From the sequence record PZ445430.1: 64,000 nt of DNA; one strand, given 5' to 3'. A program made the translations under genes and the position numbers. Shown in pieces: positions 10,226 to 20,440 of this stretch; within the stretch, counting starts at the first letter, position 1; each line of letters begins with the position of its first letter. Under the pieces are notes generated by a model, which ran no database searches, was not told where the DNA came from, and was given only the letters and a program-made list of their open reading frames with translations. The DNA comes from a phage.

Positions 10226-10594
10226 ATGACAAAACAACAATATTTAATGCTTTGTGATTCACTAGGTATTGAACCTGATCCTAAGGCAATGCCTGTTGAA
10301 CTCGAAGATTTTCCACCTATTGTATCTACTAGTATGAATATTTATAACAGCCTTATTGACTGTTTCATACCAGGTGACTTTCCTATCTTTATAGGAAAAG
10401 ATAAAAGTGCACTAGGTGTTTTATTTGATATCTATGGGATTACTGATCCTATAGAAAAAGAGTTTGTTCTACACATCATCAATATATTTGATTCGAAAGC
10501 TGTAGATGCAGCTCGTAAGAGAGCCGAGAAGCATAGTAAACCTAATGGTCGTACTCCGAACATTAAACCGCATGCTAGATCTCGAGCTCAGTAA
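10226..10594 (+). CDS. putative tail assembly chaperone / hypothetical protein
   Basis: 122-aa ORF directly upstream of tape measure gene; followed by intrinsic terminator. Confidence 0.4.
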   Translation: MTKQQYLMLCDSLGIEPDPKAMPVELEDFPPIVSTSMNIYNSLIDCFIPGDFPIFIGKDKSALGVLFDIYGITDPIEKEFVLHIINIFDSKAVDAARKRAEKHSKPNGRTPNIKPHARSRAQ

Positions 10595-10629
10595 AAGTTT
10601 CCTCCAATGGGCGTTCCACGATGAGGCTT

Positions 10630-10661
10630 GGCTCTGGGTGATTTGCCCAGAGCCTTTTTTA
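10630..10661 (+). terminator. intrinsic terminator upstream of tape measure gene
   Basis: GGCTCTGGG...CCCAGAGCC hairpin followed by TTTTTTATT. Confidence 0.8.
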
Positions 10662-10674
10662 TTGGGAAAAATAA

Positions 10675-13600
10675 ATGACTGATAAGCTAATACGAGAACT
10701 ACTTATAGATGTAAAGCAGAAAGGGGCAACCCGTACTGCAAAATCTATTGAGAACGTTTCCGATGCGTTAGAAAATGCTGCTGCCGCTTCCGAACTGACT
10801 AATGAACAGTTAGGAAAAATGCCCAAAACTCTTTACTCCATTGAGAGGGCGGCGGATAGAGCAGCTAAAAGTCTAACTAAAATGCAGGCTAGCAGAGGTA
10901 TGATGGGCATCACCAAATCTATGGATAGTATTGGTGCTAAGTTAGATGACCTTGCTATTGCTATGATCGAGGTATCCGATAAGCTAGAATCTGGATTTAC
11001 ACACGTTGGTAAATCTGTTAAGGCGATGGGTAATGATGTAGCTGCTGCAACTGAAAAAGTTCAAGATAGATTATATGATACTAACCGAGCACTAGGTAAT
11101 ACTGCTAGAGGCTTTAACGATACAACTACCGCTGCAGGGCGTGCTAGTCGTGCAATTGGTAATACTTCTGGTTCAGCACGTGGTGCTACTCGTGACTTCG
11201 CAGCAATGGCTAAAGTGGGGGGTAGTTTACCTCTTATGTATGCTGCTATCGCATCTAACGTGTTCGTTCTACAATCTGCATTCGAACAACTTAAGATGGG
11301 TGACCAGTTAAACCGTCTTGAGAAGTTTGGTACTATTGTTGGTACTCAAACAGGTACTCCTGTACAAACCCTAGCTAGATCTCTACAAGAGGCCGCTGGT
11401 TATGCAATCTCCTTCGAAGAAGCAATGAGACAGGCATCCTCTGCTTCTGCATATGGATTCGATGCTGAACAACTTAATAAATTTGGTCTAGTAGCTCGTC
11501 GTGCTGCTGCTGTTCTTGGTGTTGATATGACTGATGCACTTAACCGTGTAATCAAGGGTGTATCTAAGCAAGAAATCGAACTTCTAGATGAACTTGGTGT
11601 TACTATTCGTCTTAACGATGCATATGCTGACTACGTTAAACAGTTAAATGCTGCTAACACAGGTATTACGTATAACGTCAATAGTCTTTCTACTTTCCAA
11701 AAGCAACAAGCATATGCTAACGCAGTAATCGCTGAATCTACTAAACGTTTCGGCTATCTGGATGACGTACTTCGTGCAACTCCGTGGGAACAGTTTGCTG
11801 CTAACGCTGATGCTGCACTGAGAAAAGTTCAACAGGCTGCTGCTAAGTATTTAGGGCCGGTAATTGATTCTATCAACGCAGTATTCTATACTTCTCAAGC
11901 GTCTATCTCGGCTTCTGCTGCTAGAGCACAGGAAGAAACTAACCGCCAGATTGATCCAACTAACGTTGGTGCTGTAGCTTTAAGTCTTTCCGCTTCTGAG
12001 GAAGGATATAATAAAGCTCTTGATATGTACAAAGAATCTCTAGAAAAGCGTAATAAGTTAAAAGCTGATCTAGATAAGCGTATGCAGCAAGCAGATGCAT
12101 CTACAGCAGGGGCTATTCGTTTAGTTGCTCAAGGTGCGCCGGTAGGGTTAGCTGCAGGAGGTTTTGAAGTAGGAGGAGTTCGCATAGGATCTTCTGAAGA
12201 AAACCAGAAATTTATTGCAGATACTGCTGCATTAGCTCTCCAGGTAGAGCGTCTTGATAAGGAAGTAGAGGATTCAACTGGCAATCTTAATGCATGGAAA
12301 TCGGCATACCAAGCTGCTGGTGCTGCAGCTGCTAAGGCTAATCCAGAATTCCAGAAGCAAATTAACCTACAGAAAGATGCAAATGACCCTGATGCGGTTT
12401 ATGACTTCAACTCTGCAACTCTGAAAGGACTGACAGAACAGCAGAAAGCATATGATCAGGCTAAGAAAACTGCTAGTGATTTAGCTAACGATATCCAGAA
12501 CATCGCTCAGAATACTAATACTGCGGCTAAAACTAGTGCATCCCTATCAGATACGATTAAGACTATTGAGTCTCTTTCTGCTGGTACTGGTAAAAATGCT
12601 GATGAGTATGTTAAGAGCCTGAACTTAGGATATAATACTCTTAGTGAGATGAAGACTGCTTCTCAAGCTCTTGCTGGTTATGTAAAATTAACTGGTAATG
12701 AGACTAAGAATCAGTTAGAAGTTCAGCAGAAGATTGCCGAAGTGTATAACCAGACTAAGGATAAAGAGAAAGCACAGGAAGCTGGTAGACGTCTGGAAAT
12801 CCAACAGTTAGAAGAACAGGAAGCAGCTCTTAAGCGTGTCCTAGAAACTAACAAAGGTAACAAAGCAATCGAAGGTGAAATAGCTAAGATTCAGCTAGAA
12901 CGTATTAAGATCACTAACCAGGGTATGGAAGCTCAGAAGAAGGTTAAGGACTATACCGATAAGATTCTTGGTGTTGATCGTGAAATTGCTCTCCTGAATA
13001 ACCGTACTATGACAGATACTCAATATCGTTTAGCACAGTTAAATCTTGAATTGACCATTGAAAAAGAGAAGTACGAATGGTATACAAAACAAGCTGATAA
13101 ACAGAAAGAGGCTGAACAGTCTAGACGTTCTCAAGCCCAAATTGAACGTGAAATATGGAAATTCCGTCAGGACCAGCAAGCTGAAATGACCAGTAAAAGG
13201 CAAGAAGCCTTTGAAAATACTCTAACTTCCATGTTCCCTCTGGCAGGGGAAATGCAAAAAATGGAAATGCAGTTAGATTTTTATACTCAGATGAAAGAAC
13301 TTACCAAAGGTAATGCTAACGAGCAAATGCGCTGGAATGCTGAAATAGCTAAGACAAGGGCTCAGATGTCAGCTTTAACAGCACAACGTAATGCTCAGAT
13401 GCAGCAACAGGTAGGTTCTTCTGTTGGAGCTACTTATACTCCTACAACTGGCCTATCTGGAGCAGATAAAGATTTTGCTGATATGCAGAATAGGATGTCT
13501 TCGTATGACCAAGCAATTTCTAAACTATCTGAGTTAAATTCCGAAGCAACTGCTGTAGCTCAAAGCATGGGTAATTTAACTAACTCTATGATCCAGTTCT

Positions 13601-14385
13601 CTCAAGGGTCTCTGGATACTACCTCTCTAGTAGCGGCTGGTATGCAAACTGTATCTTCAATGATTCAGTATAGTGTTGGTCAACAGGTAAGTGCTATTGA
13701 TGCAGCTATTGCAGCAGAACAGAAACGTGATGGTAAATCTGAGCAATCCAAAGCTAAGATCAAGAAGTTAGAGGCTGAAAAGCTCAAGATCCAGCAAGAT
13801 GCAGCTAAGAAGCAAATCATTATCCAGACGGCAGTAGCGGTGATGCAAGCAGCAACAGCTGTTCCATATCCATTCTCTATTCCTCTGATGGTTGCAGCTG
13901 GTTTAGCAGGTGCTATGGCTCTTGCTCAAGCATCCTCTGCATCTGGTATGTCTTCTATTGGGGACTCGGGTGCTGAGACGGCTGGTTACTTAACTCTTGG
14001 AGAGCGCCAGAAGAACGTAGACGTTTCTATGTCGGCTAACGCAGGTGAACTTTCTTATATTCGAGGAGATCAAGGGATTGGTAATGCGAACTCTTTCGTA
14101 CCTCGTGCAGAAGGTGGTAATATGTATCCTGGAGTTAGTTACCAGATGGGTGAGCACGGTACCGAAGTAATCACTCCTATGGTTCCAATGAAGGCTACTC
14201 CTACTGATGAACTCAAAGGATCTTCAAAAAGTACATCGGGTAGACCTATTGTGCTGAACATTAGTACGATGGATGCGGCTAGCTTCCGAGATTTTGCTTC
14301 GAGCAATAGTGCTGCTTTCAGGGATGCCGTGGAACAGGCTCTTAATGAGAATGGAACCACCCTGAAATCACTTGGTAATTCTTAA
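10675..14385 (+). CDS. tape measure protein (T5 pb2-like)
   Basis: 1236-aa ORF, long coiled-coil regions, C-terminal hydrophobic segments; size and position match pb2. Confidence 0.9.
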   Translation: MTDKLIRELLIDVKQKGATRTAKSIENVSDALENAAAASELTNEQLGKMPKTLYSIERAADRAAKSLTKMQASRGMMGITKSMDSIGAKLDDLAIAMIEVSDKLESGFTHVGKSVKAMGNDVAAATEKVQDRLYDTNRALGNTARGFNDTTTAAGRASRAIGNTSGSARGATRDFAAMAKVGGSLPLMYAAIASNVFVLQSAFEQLKMGDQLNRLEKFGTIVGTQTGTPVQTLARSLQEAAGYAISFEEAMRQASSASAYGFDAEQLNKFGLVARRAAAVLGVDMTDALNRVIKGVSKQEIELLDELGVTIRLNDAYADYVKQLNAANTGITYNVNSLSTFQKQQAYANAVIAESTKRFGYLDDVLRATPWEQFAANADAALRKVQQAAAKYLGPVIDSINAVFYTSQASISASAARAQEETNRQIDPTNVGAVALSLSASEEGYNKALDMYKESLEKRNKLKADLDKRMQQADASTAGAIRLVAQGAPVGLAAGGFEVGGVRIGSSEENQKFIADTAALALQVERLDKEVEDSTGNLNAWKSAYQAAGAAAAKANPEFQKQINLQKDANDPDAVYDFNSATLKGLTEQQKAYDQAKKTASDLANDIQNIAQNTNTAAKTSASLSDTIKTIESLSAGTGKNADEYVKSLNLGYNTLSEMKTASQALAGYVKLTGNETKNQLEVQQKIAEVYNQTKDKEKAQEAGRRLEIQQLEEQEAALKRVLETNKGNKAIEGEIAKIQLERIKITNQGMEAQKKVKDYTDKILGVDREIALLNNRTMTDTQYRLAQLNLELTIEKEKYEWYTKQADKQKEAEQSRRSQAQIEREIWKFRQDQQAEMTSKRQEAFENTLTSMFPLAGEMQKMEMQLDFYTQMKELTKGNANEQMRWNAEIAKTRAQMSALTAQRNAQMQQQVGSSVGATYTPTTGLSGADKDFADMQNRMSSYDQAISKLSELNSEATAVAQSMGNLTNSMIQFSQGSLDTTSLVAAGMQTVSSMIQYSVGQQVSAIDAAIAAEQKRDGKSEQSKAKIKKLEAEKLKIQQDAAKKQIIIQTAVAVMQAATAVPYPFSIPLMVAAGLAGAMALAQASSASGMSSIGDSGAETAGYLTLGERQKNVDVSMSANAGELSYIRGDQGIGNANSFVPRAEGGNMYPGVSYQMGEHGTEVITPMVPMKATPTDELKGSSKSTSGRPIVLNISTMDAASFRDFASSNSAAFRDAVEQALNENGTTLKSLGNS

Positions 14386-14392
14386 TACTGGA

Positions 14393-14420
14393 GGAGGACT
14401 TTATGTCCTCCTTTTCTTTA
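14393..14420 (+). terminator. intrinsic terminator after tape measure gene
   Basis: GGAGGAC-TTTA-TGTCCTCC hairpin followed by T-rich run. Confidence 0.75.
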
Positions 14421-14434
14421 TGGAAAAATAAAAA

Positions 14435-14470
14435 TTTCTTGATAAAATTTTCCAACCCTATTATAATATT
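14435..14470 (+). promoter_or_regulatory. sigma70-like promoter upstream of pb9-like gene
   Basis: TTGATA, 17-nt spacer, TATAAT. Confidence 0.45.
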
Positions 14471-14493
14471 GTTATTAAGAGGAGAAATTAACT

Positions 14494-15108
14494 ATGAGAC
14501 TACCAGACCCATACACGAACCCAGAGCTATCAGGGTTAGGTTTTGAAAGCGTTAACTTAGTAGACAATGACCCTATGATTCGTGATGAATTACCTAATGG
14601 TAAAGTTAGGGAGGTTAAGGTGTCTGCTCAATATTGGGGTATTAATATCTCTTATCCAGAATTATTCCCAGATGAATTTGCTAAATTAGATTCATTCATT
14701 CTAGATTACAAAAGAACAGGTAGCTATATTGATGTGTTATTACCGCAATATGAAGCTTTCCGAGTTCGTGGTGATACTAGTGCTGTAAATATTCCTGCTG
14801 GACAAAAAGGTTCAACAGTTATTATGGACACTAAAGGTACACTTCGTGGACTGCCTAAACCAGGCGATTTATTTAAATTGTCCAACCACCCAAAAGTGTA
14901 CAAAATCACTTCTATCAACACAGTAGGAAATACTTGGAATATAAGTGTTTACCCTGATCTATTCATTACTACTACGGGTAGTGAGAAACCGGTATTTAAT
15001 GGTATTCTATTTAGAACTAAATTAATGAACGGAGACAGCTTCGGCTCTACGTTAAATAGTAATGGTACATATACTGGTATTTCACTTTCCTTGAGGGAAA
15101 GTCTATGA
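14494..15108 (+). CDS. distal tail protein (T5 pb9-like)
   Basis: 204 aa; N-terminus MRLPDPYTNPE...; promoter-like TTGATA-17-TATAAT and GAGGAG RBS upstream. Confidence 0.85.
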   Translation: MRLPDPYTNPELSGLGFESVNLVDNDPMIRDELPNGKVREVKVSAQYWGINISYPELFPDEFAKLDSFILDYKRTGSYIDVLLPQYEAFRVRGDTSAVNIPAGQKGSTVIMDTKGTLRGLPKPGDLFKLSNHPKVYKITSINTVGNTWNISVYPDLFITTTGSEKPVFNGILFRTKLMNGDSFGSTLNSNGTYTGISLSLRESL

Positions 15109-17954
15109 AGAAAATTCTTGACAGTGCAAGAGAGTATTTAAGAACTAATAATAAAATAAAAACTGCATGCCTTATTACTCTTGAATTGCCAAGCTCTACC
15201 GGATCAAGTTCTGCATACATTTATCTTACAGACTATTTTAGGGATGTAATTTACAATGGTATTCTTTACACATCCGGTAAAGTTAAGTCTATAACAACAC
15301 ATAAACAAAATAGAAAACTTTCCATTGGTAGCCTTTCTTTTACTATCACAGGTACTGCTGAGGATGAAGTATTAAAACTAGTCCAAAATGGTGTATCCTT
15401 CCTGGATAGATCTATCTCAATCCATCAAGCGGTTATTGATGAAGAAGGTAACATTCTTCCTGTAGATCCAGACACTAATGGTCCTTTACTTTACTTCCGT
15501 GGTAAAATCACTGGTGGTGGTATTAAGGATAACATTGGTACTTCGGGAGTTAGTACATCCGTTATTACATGGAACTGTTCAAACCAATTCTATGACTTTG
15601 ATAGAGTAAATGGACGTTTCACAGATGATGCTGACCATAGAGGGCTTGAGATTGTTGCCGGACAATTAGTTCCGTCTAATGGTGCTAAGCGACCTGAATA
15701 TCAAGAGGACTACGGGTTCTTCCATGCTAACAAGAGTATCTCTATTCTTGCTAAGTATCAGGTTCAGGAAGAACGTTATAAGTTACAATCTAAGAAAAAG
15801 TTATTTGGTCTTTCTAGAAGCTATAGCCTAAAGAAATACTATGAGACTGTAACTAAGGAAGTAGATCTTGATTTTAACTTAGCTGCTAAATTCCTGCCAG
15901 TAGTGTACGGAGTTCAGAAAATTCCTGGAATCCCAGTATTCGCAGATACTGAACTGCATAACCCTAATATCGTATATGTAGTATACGCTTTCTGTGAGGG
16001 TGAGATTGATGGATTCCTAGATTTCTACTTTGGTGATGTACCAATGATCTGTATTGATCCTAATGATAGTAAGTCTCGTACTTGCTTTGGTACTAAGAAA
16101 GTAGCTGGTGATACCATGCAACGTATTGCTTCAGGCCAGCCAAGCTCTGAACCTTCTGTTCATGGACAGGAATATAAGTATAATGATGGTAATGGCGATA
16201 TCCGTATATGGACTTATCATGGTAAAGCAGATCAATCTGCTGCGGATGTTCTAGTTAACATTGCAAAAGAGAAAGGTTTCTATTTACAGAACATGAATGA
16301 GAATGGCCCGGAATACTGGGACTCTCGTTATAAACTGTTAGATACTGCTTATGCTATCGTTCGCTTTACTATTAATGAAAACAGAACAGAAATTCCAGAA
16401 GTTAGTGCTGAAGTTCAGGGTAAGAAGATTAAGATCTATCATTCAGATGGTAGAGTAACTGCTGACAAGACTAGCTTAAATGGTATCTGGCAAACTCTGG
16501 ACTACCTAACCTCTGATCGCTATGGTGCTAATATCACTATTGATCAGTTCCCTCTCCAGCAACTTATTCAAGAAGCAGCTATCCTGGATATCATTGATGA
16601 ATCCTATCAGGTTTCTTGGCAACCCTACTGGAGATACGTTGGATGGACTGATGCTGTAGGAGAGAATAGACAAATAGTTCAAATGAATACTATTCTCGAT
16701 ACCTCTGAGTCAGTATTTAAAAACGTGCAGGGATTAATAGAGTCTTATGGTGGTGCTATCAACAACTTATCTGGACAGTATAGAATAACTGTTGAGAAGT
16801 TCTCGAATACTCCACTGGAGATTGACTTCTTAGATACCTATGGTGATCTGGAGCTATCAGATACTACTGGTAGAAATAAGTTTAACTCAGTACAGGCCTC
16901 TATACTAGATCCCGCATTAAGCTGGAAAACTAACTCCATTACATTCTTTAACTCTATATTTAAGGAGCAAGATAAAGGGTTAGATAAAAAACTTCAGCTT
17001 TCTTTTGCAAACATCACTAACTACTATACTGCGCGTAGCTTTGCGGATAGAGAACTGAAAAAGTCTCGTTACTCACGAACTCTTACGTTCTCGTTACCAT
17101 ATCATTTCATAGGCATTGAGCCTAACGATCCGATTGCTTTTACATATGGTCGTTATGGTTGGGATAAGAAATACTTCCTAGTTGATGAAGTTGAAAACTC
17201 TAGAGAAGGTAAGATTAATATTACACTGCAAGAGTATGGTGAGGATGTGTTCATTAACTCCGAGCAGGTTGATAATAGTGGTAACGATATCCCTGATGTT
17301 AGTAATAACGTATTGCCTCCCAGAGACTTTATGTATACACCAACACCAGGTGGACAAGTAGGGTCTATTGGTAAGAATGGTGAGCTATCTTGGCTCCCCA
17401 GCTTAACTAATAACGTTGTTTACTACTCTATCGTTCACTCTGGGCATGCTGATCCTTACATCGTACAGCAATTAGAAACTAATCCAAATCTACGAATGAT
17501 CCAAGAAATTATTGGAGAGCCTGCTGGTTTAGCAGTCTTTGAGATTAGAGCTGTAGATATTAATGGTAGACGAAGTTCTCCTGTAACATTATCGGTAGAA
17601 CTTAACTCTGCTAAAAACTTAAGCGTCGTTAGTAACTTCAAGGTTACTAATACAGCTTCAGGAGATGCATCGGAGTTTGTAGGACCAGACGTTAAGTTGG
17701 CTTGGGATAGAATTCCAGAAGAAGATATCATTGATGGAATCTTCTACACTCTCGAAATCTACGATAATCTAGATCGTTTATTAAGAAGTGTACGAATTGA
17801 AGATCAGTATGTCTACGATTATCTACTGATATACAATAAGGCAGACTATGCTCTTCATAACGAGGATGCTCTAGGTATTAACAGGAAGTTACGCTTCCGT
17901 ATAAGAGCAGAAGGTGATAATGGCGAGCAATCTGTGGATTGGGCATCTATTTAA
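15105..17954 (+). CDS. baseplate hub / tail tip protein (T5 pb3-like)
   Basis: 949 aa, same length as T5 pb3; overlaps pb9 stop. Confidence 0.85.
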   Translation: MKKILDSAREYLRTNNKIKTACLITLELPSSTGSSSAYIYLTDYFRDVIYNGILYTSGKVKSITTHKQNRKLSIGSLSFTITGTAEDEVLKLVQNGVSFLDRSISIHQAVIDEEGNILPVDPDTNGPLLYFRGKITGGGIKDNIGTSGVSTSVITWNCSNQFYDFDRVNGRFTDDADHRGLEIVAGQLVPSNGAKRPEYQEDYGFFHANKSISILAKYQVQEERYKLQSKKKLFGLSRSYSLKKYYETVTKEVDLDFNLAAKFLPVVYGVQKIPGIPVFADTELHNPNIVYVVYAFCEGEIDGFLDFYFGDVPMICIDPNDSKSRTCFGTKKVAGDTMQRIASGQPSSEPSVHGQEYKYNDGNGDIRIWTYHGKADQSAADVLVNIAKEKGFYLQNMNENGPEYWDSRYKLLDTAYAIVRFTINENRTEIPEVSAEVQGKKIKIYHSDGRVTADKTSLNGIWQTLDYLTSDRYGANITIDQFPLQQLIQEAAILDIIDESYQVSWQPYWRYVGWTDAVGENRQIVQMNTILDTSESVFKNVQGLIESYGGAINNLSGQYRITVEKFSNTPLEIDFLDTYGDLELSDTTGRNKFNSVQASILDPALSWKTNSITFFNSIFKEQDKGLDKKLQLSFANITNYYTARSFADRELKKSRYSRTLTFSLPYHFIGIEPNDPIAFTYGRYGWDKKYFLVDEVENSREGKINITLQEYGEDVFINSEQVDNSGNDIPDVSNNVLPPRDFMYTPTPGGQVGSIGKNGELSWLPSLTNNVVYYSIVHSGHADPYIVQQLETNPNLRMIQEIIGEPAGLAVFEIRAVDINGRRSSPVTLSVELNSAKNLSVVSNFKVTNTASGDASEFVGPDVKLAWDRIPEEDIIDGIFYTLEIYDNLDRLLRSVRIEDQYVYDYLLIYNKADYALHNEDALGINRKLRFRIRAEGDNGEQSVDWASI

Positions 17955-20012
17955 ATGATTTCGAATAATGCACCAGCCAAGATGGTCTTAAATAGTATTA
18001 TGACTGGGTATACAATGGCGTATATCCAGCATTCTATCTATACCGACTACGATGTTATCGGTAGATCATTCTGGCTTAAACTTGGCGAAGAAGTGGATAG
18101 AAGAGATTTCACTGGAATCGACACTTTCTTTGTTATGATCAATAATTTAACTCCCTCAACTACCTATCAGGTTCAGGGAGCTTTTTATGACTCGATTATT
18201 GACTCAGAACTTTTAAATGCAAAAATTGGTATTAACCTCTCTAATGAAACTAACTTTAAAACAAAAGAGAAGCCAATAATTGTCGCAGCAAGATCTGAGT
18301 CAGAACCTGTGGATGTTGGGGTGGGCGCACCGATAGTTGTTGTGGAAACAACTGGTGAAGCAAGTTACTGTACTATTGAGTTAAAAAGTACAGCCACTGA
18401 AGACAGTCCTTGGACTAAATATTATATTGGGGCTTTAGGTTCTACTATTAAATTTGGTGGAGTTCCTATCGGAGACTATAAGATCAGAATATCTGGTCAA
18501 GTAACTATGCCTGATGGTGTTACAGTTGATTCTTCAGGATACTACGAGTTTCCTAATATTCTAACTGTAGCTTATAACTTTGTTCCACCTACTGCACCTA
18601 TCGATATTGTTTTTAAAGCTGCACGAATTGCTGATGGTAAAGAACGATATGATGTTAGAATTGAGTGGGAATGGGAACGTGGTGCTGGTGCTAACGTTCG
18701 TGAGTTCTTGGTTACTTATATAAACTCCGAGGAATACGCTAAAACCGGATGGGCTAAAGCTCAAAAGATAAACGTGGGTGCTGCTAGAGCTGCAACGATT
18801 ATATCATTCCCATGGAAAGTTGAACATACCTTTAAGGTTTCATCAATTGCCTGGGGACCAAATAAGCAAGATATAACAGAATCAGCTCCTGTAACATTTA
18901 TATTGAATGAAGATACTCCTCTAGATAATAGTTTTGTCAATGAGACTGGTATTGATGTTAACTATGCCTTTATTAAGGGTAGTATGAAAGATGGAGAAAT
19001 CTGGAGACAGACATTCTTAATTGATGCAGCTACTGGTGCTATTAACATTGGTCTGCTAGATGAAGAAGGAAAAGCACCTATTTCTTTCGACCCTATAAAT
19101 CGTGTTGTTAACGTCGATGGTAAAGTAATTACTAGAGATATTAATGCTGCGAACTTTATCATGACTAACTTATCTGGTAAAGATAATCCAGCAATTTATA
19201 CTCAAGGTAAATCTTGGGGAGATAATAACTCTGGTATTTGGATGGGTATGGATAATACCTCTGCCAAAGCTAAGTTAGACATTGGTAATGCTACACAATG
19301 GATACGTTATGATGGTACTACTCTGCGTATTTCTAGTGGTGTAGTAATTGGAACACCAAATGGTGACGTAGATATTGGAACTGGTTTACAAGGTAAGCAA
19401 ACAGTATTTGTTTATAAGTTAGCAACATCTTTACCGGCCAAACCGTTAGAACAAGATTATCCACCTCCTGGTTGGTCAAAAACTCCACCTAATCGTACAG
19501 ATATGACACAAAATATCTATGCGACTACAGGTACACTTGATCCAGTTACTAACAAACTTCTTGAAGGTACTAGCTGGTCTGATGTAGTTCAATGGAGTGG
19601 TACTGAAGGTACTATAGGACATGATGGACAGCGTGGTCCTGGGATGTACTCCATGGGTATTCCTGGATTAGGCGGTTGGGATGATGGACAAGCTAACGCA
19701 TTCTTTCAAAATAACTTTGGAAAACCTCCGGTTAAATACGATGTTCTAACACAATTTAACAGTAATGCTCCACAAACAGCATTTACCCGTCAATGGAACG
19801 GGGCTGGATGGATTAACCCTGCAATGGTTCTTCATGGCAACATGATTGTTAATGGAACTGTAACTGCTGATAAGATTGTGGCAGGAAATGCCTTCTTATC
19901 ACAAATAGGTGTTAATATAATCTACGATAGAAATGCTGCGTTATCAGGAAACCCTGAAGCATACTACAAGATGAAGATAGACCTAAATAGTGGGTATATC
20001 CATATAAGGTAA
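17955..20012 (+). CDS. central straight fibre protein (T5 pb4-like)
   Basis: 685 aa; directly follows pb3-like gene. Confidence 0.8.
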   Translation: MISNNAPAKMVLNSIMTGYTMAYIQHSIYTDYDVIGRSFWLKLGEEVDRRDFTGIDTFFVMINNLTPSTTYQVQGAFYDSIIDSELLNAKIGINLSNETNFKTKEKPIIVAARSESEPVDVGVGAPIVVVETTGEASYCTIELKSTATEDSPWTKYYIGALGSTIKFGGVPIGDYKIRISGQVTMPDGVTVDSSGYYEFPNILTVAYNFVPPTAPIDIVFKAARIADGKERYDVRIEWEWERGAGANVREFLVTYINSEEYAKTGWAKAQKINVGAARAATIISFPWKVEHTFKVSSIAWGPNKQDITESAPVTFILNEDTPLDNSFVNETGIDVNYAFIKGSMKDGEIWRQTFLIDAATGAINIGLLDEEGKAPISFDPINRVVNVDGKVITRDINAANFIMTNLSGKDNPAIYTQGKSWGDNNSGIWMGMDNTSAKAKLDIGNATQWIRYDGTTLRISSGVVIGTPNGDVDIGTGLQGKQTVFVYKLATSLPAKPLEQDYPPPGWSKTPPNRTDMTQNIYATTGTLDPVTNKLLEGTSWSDVVQWSGTEGTIGHDGQRGPGMYSMGIPGLGGWDDGQANAFFQNNFGKPPVKYDVLTQFNSNAPQTAFTRQWNGAGWINPAMVLHGNMIVNGTVTADKIVAGNAFLSQIGVNIIYDRNAALSGNPEAYYKMKIDLNSGYIHIR

Positions 20013-20017
20013 TTATA

Positions 20018-20440
20018 ATGAGTACAGAAAACCGAGTTATTGATATTGTTGTTGATGAGAAAGTGCCTTATAGTCTTATCATGCAATTTATGGATGTTGA
20101 TGATAGCGTATATCCGCCAACAGAATTTCCTGTTAACTTGACAGGGTATTCACTCAGAGGAACTATTAAATCTAGTTTAGATGAGAACGCCGAGGTTCTA
20201 GCTAATTTTAAAACTCATGTTATTGATGCTGCTCAAGGTGCTGCTGCAATTAGTCTTTCCATTGCAGACACTACTAATATTGGTGAAAAAGCATCTAAAG
20301 AACGTGATAAGTATAACCCAAGACAACGTTTTGCTGGTTATTATGATATCCTAATGACTCGTGATGTAATTGGCTCTGAAGTCAATTCTTTCCGTATTAT
20401 GGAAGGTAAAGTATACATCAGCGATGGAGTAACTCAATAA
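20018..20440 (+). CDS. collar protein (T5 p132-like)
   Basis: 140-aa ORF between pb4-like and tail fibre genes. Confidence 0.6.
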   Translation: MSTENRVIDIVVDEKVPYSLIMQFMDVDDSVYPPTEFPVNLTGYSLRGTIKSSLDENAEVLANFKTHVIDAAQGAAAISLSIADTTNIGEKASKERDKYNPRQRFAGYYDILMTRDVIGSEVNSFRIMEGKVYISDGVTQ

